A stretch of 39,591 nt of DNA, from positions 1-39,591 of the forward strand of contig JAAYSA010000030.1 in the NCBI GenBank assembly GCA_012518455.1, in the 5' to 3' direction. The position numbers were made by a program, and so were the translations under genes. The DNA comes from Erysipelotrichaceae bacterium (GTDB taxonomy: Bacteria > Bacillota_I > Bacilli_A > RFN20 > CAG-826). The notes under the pieces are model-generated. The model had not been told where the DNA came from, made no database searches, and worked only from the letters and a program-made list of their open reading frames with translations. Positions 34,369 to 39,591 of this stretch are shown here, one piece after another; within the stretch, counting starts at the first letter, position 1, and each line of letters opens with the position of its first letter.

Positions 34369-35097
34369 CTATTTTTTAGTGTCTTTTCTTTTTGTTCGTC
34401 TTGGTTTCTTTTTCTTATTATTAACTGATGAAGGTTCACGATTAATAAAATCGCCAAAATCTTCAATATCACGCCTTGTACCAACGACATGGATTATATC
34501 TTTTGGGCTAAGAGTATCAGCAGCTCGAGGCGAAAACATTTTATGACCTCTTTGAATAAGAATTATATTAATACCAAATTGGTTTCTAGCATCAAGAGCA
34601 AGAATAGGAATGGGGACAAAATCTTCACGAATTGTGATTTTAACAACTGAATAATTTCCGCCTAAATTGTAATAATCAAGAAAGTCTTCGTTCCCAATTC
34701 TGTTTGCAAGACCAATACCAGCTAATTTTTGGGGAGTAACAATTTCATCTGCTCCTAATTTTCTGATAATATCAATATAATTTTCGTTATCCATTCTTAC
34801 GGTTATGTGTGGAACCCCTAAGTCTTTTAAAAGAGCAGTTGTTAAAATACTAGCAACATCATTGTCCCCAAAACAGACGATGGCATGAGTGCATTCTTTT
34901 GCTCCGACCTCAATTAATGCCTTTTCATTGGTACTATCTGCAATAAAGGCAGTAGAAACAAAGTGACTAACTTTGTTAATAGCATCTACTGATACATCAA
35001 TAGCAGTTACATCACGATCTAGACGGACAAGTTCTTCAACAATTGAAAGACCAAATTGACCAAGTCCGATAACTAAATAACTTTTTCTTTTTCTCAT
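34369..35097 (-). CDS. ktrA: Ktr/Trk potassium uptake RCK regulatory subunit
   Basis: VIGLGQFG, RCK_N plus RCK_C, LGADEIVTP; SD GGAGGAG. Confidence 0.92.
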   Translation of the reverse strand: MRKRKSYLVIGLGQFGLSIVEELVRLDRDVTAIDVSVDAINKVSHFVSTAFIADSTNEKALIEVGAKECTHAIVCFGDNDVASILTTALLKDLGVPHITVRMDNENYIDIIRKLGADEIVTPQKLAGIGLANRIGNEDFLDYYNLGGNYSVVKITIREDFVPIPILALDARNQFGINIILIQRGHKMFSPRAADTLSPKDIIHVVGTRRDIEDFGDFINREPSSVNNKKKKPRRTKRKDTKK

Positions 35098-35109
35098 AAT
35101 ATACTCCTC

Positions 35110-36474
35110 CTAACCGACAATTAAGTCTGTTTCTATATATTTGAAATTTTCTTTTTGGTGTCTATGCATTGAGTTAGAAACAACCGACATAATTGTCATT
35201 GGTCCAACTCGCCCAAAGAACATTAAAAATATTAATATTAATTTACTTCCTACGCTAAGAGAAGGAGTAATACCCCATGATAGACCTGTGGTAGAGAAAG
35301 CACTAACTACTTCAAATAGAATTGGCTCTGTTGTCCAGCCCTTAGCTAATATAAATCGATTATTGACTTCTATAGCACTAATAATAGAATAAGACAAAAT
35401 GAGGGTTAAAAATACAATAATTAATAAAGTAACGGCTTGAATAAATGTTTTTATTGTAAAAGAGCGGTTAAATGCATTACTTTTTCTACCTCTAATAAAG
35501 GAAATAATTGTGGCTAAAATAACAAAAACAGTTGTAACTTTTAAGCCTCCTCCCGTACTAAGTGGACCCACACCAGTAATCATAAGAAGTAAAACAATTA
35601 TTCGCGCAAAAGGATTCATATTTGGAATATGATAAACAGAAAAACCTGCTGTTCTACTTGAAACGCTTAAGAAAAAGGCTTGAATAATTGAAAGTGGCTC
35701 TGCATTTTTAAGGTTTAATACATAATAAAAAAACATTCCAAAAAGAATTAAAATACTAGTCATTAAAATTACAACTTTTGAATGAATAGACCAGAATTTT
35801 GCACGATTAGCCTTCAAAATGTCGCGTATTGTTAAAAAGCCTAAACCACCCAAAATAACGAGAATTGCAGTATTTAGCATAATGATGTAATTGTTTCTAA
35901 ATGGTTCTAGGGAATCTGCTCCAATTAAATCAAAACCGGCATTATTAAATGAAGAGATACTATGAAAAACAGCTTTTCCAAGTCCAGGAAGAGGTCCGTA
36001 TATAGGTACAAAAACAAATAAAAATGGAATAACTCCACAAAGCTCAATTACAAAAGAAATAAGTATCATTGATCTAACTAAACTAATAACACCTTCAAAT
36101 GTTTTAAAAGAAAGTGCTTCTTTAACTAAGTAGCGATCACTTGCAGCAAGTCTTTTGTTAAAAAGCGTGAATATAAATGTAAAAATTGTAATAAAACCAA
36201 GTCCACCAATTTGGATAAGAACGGCCATTACAATTTTCCCATATACAGTCATAGTATTAACAACATTAGGAAAAACATTTAGTCCGGTAACGCAAACACA
36301 AGAAGTCGATAAGAAAAGCGCATTAACAAAAGATGGCCAGTTATTATCTTGATAAGCAGCAGGAAACGCTAAAAGAAACGCGCCAAAAAGAATAACAGAT
36401 AGGAATGAAATTAATACTGCTGCATAAGGAGAAATTTTGAATTTTTTAAATAACTTAAACACTTTGTTTACCAA
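35110..36474 (-). CDS. ktrB: Ktr/Trk potassium uptake membrane subunit (TTG start)
   Basis: Four pore motifs CVTGL, FNNAGF, RTAGF, STTGLS; MFFGRVG. Confidence 0.93.
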   Translation of the reverse strand: MVNKVFKLFKKFKISPYAAVLISFLSVILFGAFLLAFPAAYQDNNWPSFVNALFLSTSCVCVTGLNVFPNVVNTMTVYGKIVMAVLIQIGGLGFITIFTFIFTLFNKRLAASDRYLVKEALSFKTFEGVISLVRSMILISFVIELCGVIPFLFVFVPIYGPLPGLGKAVFHSISSFNNAGFDLIGADSLEPFRNNYIIMLNTAILVILGGLGFLTIRDILKANRAKFWSIHSKVVILMTSILILFGMFFYYVLNLKNAEPLSIIQAFFLSVSSRTAGFSVYHIPNMNPFARIIVLLLMITGVGPLSTGGGLKVTTVFVILATIISFIRGRKSNAFNRSFTIKTFIQAVTLLIIVFLTLILSYSIISAIEVNNRFILAKGWTTEPILFEVVSAFSTTGLSWGITPSLSVGSKLILIFLMFFGRVGPMTIMSVVSNSMHRHQKENFKYIETDLIVG

Positions 36475-36631
36475 TTTTCTATCTTATAATTATAAAGTTT
36501 ATTGCCTAATTTTCCAATAGGACTAACCAAAAAAAACATTGACCAAACCTTAAAAACGGTTAACAAAGTTAAAAGAAAAACCGTATAAAAGCGCCTTTTT
36601 TATAAAAAAAGGCAAAAATATCATTTTCTTG

Positions 36632-36660
36632 TTGAATTTTAAATTTAAATGAGGTATTGT
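36632..36660 (+). promoter_or_regulatory. rplK operon promoter
   Basis: TTGAAT-N17-TATTGT just before the leader hairpin. Confidence 0.55.
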
Positions 36661-36668
36661 AGAACACG

Positions 36669-36748
36669 AAGCATTTTATGCGCGTATATGCGTATACGCG
36701 AATGCTTAGCGTTGTGGGAGGAAGTACGATTATTCCTACTACCACAGC
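36669..36748 (+). ncRNA. rplK leader: 5' hairpin plus L1-binding-site-like structure
   Basis: AAGCATT..CGCGTATA-TGCG-TATACGCG-AATGCTT, then GTTGTGG-GA-GGAA...TTCC-TACTA-CCACAGC. Confidence 0.72.
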
Positions 36749-36778
36749 ACGGACAAATCTAAAAAGGAGGAAAGTCAC

Positions 36779-37192
36779 GTGAGTAAAAGAATCGCAAAAG
36801 TCGTAAAACTCGAACTAATCGGTGGCGAAGCAAAACCGGGTCCTAAGCTTGCATCAGCTGGGATAGTAATGCCAAAGTTTTGCACGGACTTTAACGCCAA
36901 AACCGCTGACCGCCGTGGTCAAGTAGTTCCAGTTATCATTACGGCATATGAAGACAAATCATTTGATTTCGTCATCAAAACAACACCAGTTACTATCTTG
37001 CTTAAAGAAAAAGCTGGTATCAACAAGGCTTCAGCCACGCCTAACAAAGATAAAGTTGGCAAAATTAACAGAGCCCAACTCCGCGAAATCGCTGAGTACA
37101 AAATGCCAGACCTTAACTGCAATGACATCGAAGCTGCGATGCGAATTGTTGAAGGATCTGCTCGTAATATGGGCATTACGGTAGAAGACTAA
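36779..37192 (+). CDS. rplK: 50S ribosomal protein L11 (GTG start)
   Basis: FCTDFNAKT, KMPDLN, GSARNMG. Confidence 0.97.
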   Translation: MSKRIAKVVKLELIGGEAKPGPKLASAGIVMPKFCTDFNAKTADRRGQVVPVIITAYEDKSFDFVIKTTPVTILLKEKAGINKASATPNKDKVGKINRAQLREIAEYKMPDLNCNDIEAAMRIVEGSARNMGITVED

Positions 37193-37222
37193 GTGGAAGA
37201 GTTAACTTCTCGTTAGAACCAC
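37193..37222 (+). ncRNA. L1-binding-site-like structure adjoining the rplA SD
   Basis: GTGG-AA-GAG..CTC-GTTAGAA-CCAC immediately followed by AGGAGG. Confidence 0.68.
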
Positions 37223-37234
37223 AGGAGGAAAATT

Positions 37235-37918
37235 ATGAAAAGAGGAAAAAAGTACAGAGCAGCCGTTGAACTTGTTGAAAAAGGCAAGATCTACGAACTA
37301 GAAGAAGCAGTTGCTCTTGTTAAAAAAACATCAACAACCAAATTTGATGCAACCGTTGATGCTTCCTTCCGCCTCAATGTTGACCCACGTCAAGCAGATC
37401 AACAAATCCGCGGAACTCTCGTTTTACCACACGGCACTGGTAAAACTAAAGTCGTCTTAGCAATTACCCAACGCGTTGATGATGCTCTAAGTCATGGAGC
37501 AGACTTCGCTGGTGGAAAAGAAATGCTAGACAAAATCAAAAATGAAAACTGGTTTGGATTTGATGTAATCGTTGCAACACCAGACATGATGGGCGAATTA
37601 GGCAAAATGGGCCGAATTCTTGGTCCAAAAGGCTTAATGCCAAACCCAAAACTTGGTACTGTTACAACTGATTTAGCAAAAGCAATCCACGAAATCAAAG
37701 CTGGTAAGGTTGAATATCGTGTTGACCGTAATGCTAATATGCACGTTAGCATTGGTAAAGTCAGCTTCGACGATGAAAAACTTATCGAAAACTTAAACGC
37801 CTTATGCGAAAGGGTTGTTAGAGTCCGCCCTGCATCCGTCAAAGGCACCTACATTAAAAACGCCGTACTCTCCACGACGATGGGACCGGCAGTGCCCTTT
37901 ACTTTCAAAGGTCGCTAA
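37235..37918 (+). CDS. rplA: 50S ribosomal protein L1
   Basis: [31 protein letters not shown]. Confidence 0.99.
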   Translation: MKRGKKYRAAVELVEKGKIYELEEAVALVKKTSTTKFDATVDASFRLNVDPRQADQQIRGTLVLPHGTGKTKVVLAITQRVDDALSHGADFAGGKEMLDKIKNENWFGFDVIVATPDMMGELGKMGRILGPKGLMPNPKLGTVTTDLAKAIHEIKAGKVEYRVDRNANMHVSIGKVSFDDEKLIENLNALCERVVRVRPASVKGTYIKNAVLSTTMGPAVPFTFKGR

Positions 37919-37943
37919 AATCGTCATTATAAGATATCAATAT

Positions 37944-38059
37944 ACCGAAGAAAGCAACGGGCACTGCCTTAATTAAGTTGCCGAGGTCTAGATAGAAAAG
38001 ATCTTACGTAAAACGTACCAATGGATATTGATACCTCACTACATTACTAAAAGGAGGTA
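37944..38059 (+). ncRNA. L10 leader (L10(L12)n-binding autoregulatory RNA)
   Basis: ACCGAAGAAA-GCAAC-G-GGCA/TGCC-TTAATTAA-GTTGC-CGAGGT fits the L10-leader architecture upstream of rplJ. Confidence 0.82.
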
Positions 38060-38064
38060 GAACT

Positions 38065-38553
38065 ATGAATCACAACACCTTAGAAGCTAAAAAAGCGATT
38101 GTAAATGAAGTTGTTGAAGCTGCAAAAGCTCATAATTCAATGGTTGTCGTTGAATATCGTGGCTTATCGGTTTCAGAAATGACCGAACTTCGACGTGAAC
38201 TTCGTGAAAATGATGCACGCATGGTTATTTATAAAAATTCTATGGTTCAAAGAGCCGTTAGTGAATTAAATAAACCAGAATTAAGTGAATATTTAACTGG
38301 TCCAAATGCGTTCGTCTTCTCAAAAGACACAATTGCTGGACCACGTGTCATTAGCAAGTTTGCTCGTCGTAACGAACATATCGTTATTAAAGGCGGTCTT
38401 CTTGATGGCAGAGTCCTTGATGCTGAAGGAGTCAAAGCGATTGGAAAATTACCAGGTCGCGAAGGCTTGATCTCAATGTTCTTATCGGTGCTTGAGGCAC
38501 CAATTCGCCAATTTGCTGCCACAGTTAAAGCTGTTGCAGAGGCCAAACAATAA
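38065..38553 (+). CDS. rplJ: 50S ribosomal protein L10
   Basis: YRGLSV, LRRELR, KNS, GPNA, KLPGRE. Confidence 0.98.
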   Translation: MNHNTLEAKKAIVNEVVEAAKAHNSMVVVEYRGLSVSEMTELRRELRENDARMVIYKNSMVQRAVSELNKPELSEYLTGPNAFVFSKDTIAGPRVISKFARRNEHIVIKGGLLDGRVLDAEGVKAIGKLPGREGLISMFLSVLEAPIRQFAATVKAVAEAKQ

Positions 38554-38574
38554 TTGCCTTAGGAGGAAAATATC

Positions 38575-38952
38575 ATGGCAAAACTAGAAATTAAAGATAT
38601 TATCGCGTCATTAAAAGAAATGACCGTCGTCGAACTAAACGAATTAGTTAAAGCTGTTGAAGAAGAATTCGGTGTTACCGCTGCTGTAGCAGTTGCTGGC
38701 CCAGCCGTACACGAAGAAGAAGAAGCAGTTGCCAAAGGACCAAGCGAAGTCAATTTAATCCTTACTTCATTTGGTCAAACAAAAGTTCCTGTCATTAAAG
38801 CCGTCCAAGCTATTACTGGCTTAGGCTTAATGGATGCTAAGAAACTCGTTGACAGCGCTCCTGCTACAATTAAAGAAAAAATCTCTCCAGTTGAAGCAGA
38901 AGAACACAAAAAGGCGCTTGTCGCAGCAGGCGCTGAAGTTGAAATTAAATAA
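38575..38952 (+). CDS. rplL: 50S ribosomal protein L7/L12
   Basis: ELVKAVEEEFGVTAA, GLGLMDAKKLVD, AGAEVEIK. Confidence 0.99.
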   Translation: MAKLEIKDIIASLKEMTVVELNELVKAVEEEFGVTAAVAVAGPAVHEEEEAVAKGPSEVNLILTSFGQTKVPVIKAVQAITGLGLMDAKKLVDSAPATIKEKISPVEAEEHKKALVAAGAEVEIK

Positions 38953-38966
38953 GAATTTTGACTTTC

Positions 38967-38999
38967 AAACCCACTTTACGCATACGCGCAGTGGGTTTT
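38967..38999 (+). terminator. Probable terminator after rplL (large loop, short U tract)
   Basis: AAACCCACT-N14-AGTGGGTTTT. Confidence 0.55.
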
Positions 39000-39026
39000 C
39001 TGGCATTTATAAGGGGAGGTGAATGA

Positions 39027-39591
39027 ATGAGTCAATACTTTGAAAACGACCCAAAAGTCAAATCAAATCCACGCTTACTTCACTATCTTTTTCATGGTGA
39101 ATCATTCTCCTTCCATACTGATGCTGGCGTCTTTTCTAAAAATACGATTGATGAAGGAAGCATTGCCCTTCTTGAAGTCGTACGTGCTAAGCCCCTTAAC
39201 GGACCAATTCTTGATGTTGGCTGCGGTTATGGGGTTTTAGGCATTATTTTAGAAAGAATTAGTCAGCAATCGGTAACGATGTTTGATGTCAACAAAAGAG
39301 CCGTTGAGTTAGCTAAAAAAAACATTGTGCTAAATGAATGTAAAAATGCAAAAGCTCATGTTGCAAGTGATTACTCAAATTTAAAAGAAGGCTCTTTTGA
39401 CACAATCGTCATAAATCCACCTATAAGAGCAGGAAAAAAAGTTATTTATCCGCTCTTAGAAGGCGCTTATGACTATCTAGCCTTTAGCGGATCATTGTAC
39501 TTTGTTATGCGCCGAACTCATGGAGCAAAAAGTGCAGCTAAAGTTGTTCAAGCTAAATTTAATAACTGTACATTAGTTAAAAAAGATAAAG
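39027..39591 (+). CDS. rsmC: RsmC/YbxB-type class I SAM methyltransferase, 3'-truncated (not in ORF track)
   Basis: Manual translation MSQYFEND..TDAGVFSKNTIDEGS..LDVGCGYG..NPPIRAGK; SD GGAGGTG; conserved slot after rplL. Confidence 0.92.
   Translation, partial: MSQYFENDPKVKSNPRLLHYLFHGESFSFHTDAGVFSKNTIDEGSIALLEVVRAKPLNGPILDVGCGYGVLGIILERISQQSVTMFDVNKRAVELAKKNIVLNECKNAKAHVASDYSNLKEGSFDTIVINPPIRAGKKVIYPLLEGAYDYLAFSGSLYFVMRRTHGAKSAAKVVQAKFNNCTLVKKDK

Noticed and set aside
36475-36660. Possible c-di-AMP (ydaO) riboswitch upstream of ktrB
   Set aside because: The region is AT-rich and lacks the GC-rich conserved helices
36569-36778. 69-aa antisense ORF upstream of ktrB
   Set aside because: Runs across the rplK leader and promoter, has no SD and no recognisable protein features
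16284-38989. Recurrent CGCGTAT 7-mer (e.g. 16284, 18462, 22683, 35823, 36681, and reverse copies near 36694 and 38982)
   Set aside because: Picked post hoc and only modestly frequent; a Markov-model k-mer test is needed before calling it a motif
39040-39240. 66-aa + strand ORF in the track
   Set aside because: Wrong frame; the real gene is rsmC from ATG 39027

Overview
An AT-rich, almost entirely housekeeping window from a reduced-genome Bacilli/Mollicutes-adjacent bacterium that uses genetic code 11 (TGA is a stop at the ends of pcrA and queT). Gene order: pcrA(partial)-ligA-gatCAB; a convergent M28 lipoprotein peptidase; a preQ1-salvage queuosine cluster (queT-tgt-queA-queH); the S10-spc-alpha ribosomal protein cluster from rpsJ to rplQ, without rpmD or rpsD; an accessory block (geranylgeranyl-reductase-like flavoprotein, MFS transporter, 73-aa membrane protein); cysS-mgtC-like-rlmB-sigH-like-rpmG-secE-nusG; an inverted ktrBA pair; and rplK-rplA-rplJ-rplL-rsmC(partial). 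Three genes missing from the ORF track are added (rpmJ, rpmG, rsmC/ybxB), plus r-protein leader RNAs (S10, two L1 sites, L10). I saw no mobile element, CRISPR array, tRNA or rRNA, and I cannot claim a clearly new multi-gene system. The best leads are: long charged extensions on several ribosomal proteins (109 aa on L5); the reductase-MFS unit with an operator-like palindrome and an out-of-frame A7 tract at the MFS start; a GC-rich patch inside adk; an SD-less, hairpin-occluded SigH-like gene; and an L11 lacking the thiopeptide-binding proline motif. All family calls come from motif recognition by eye, not database searches.
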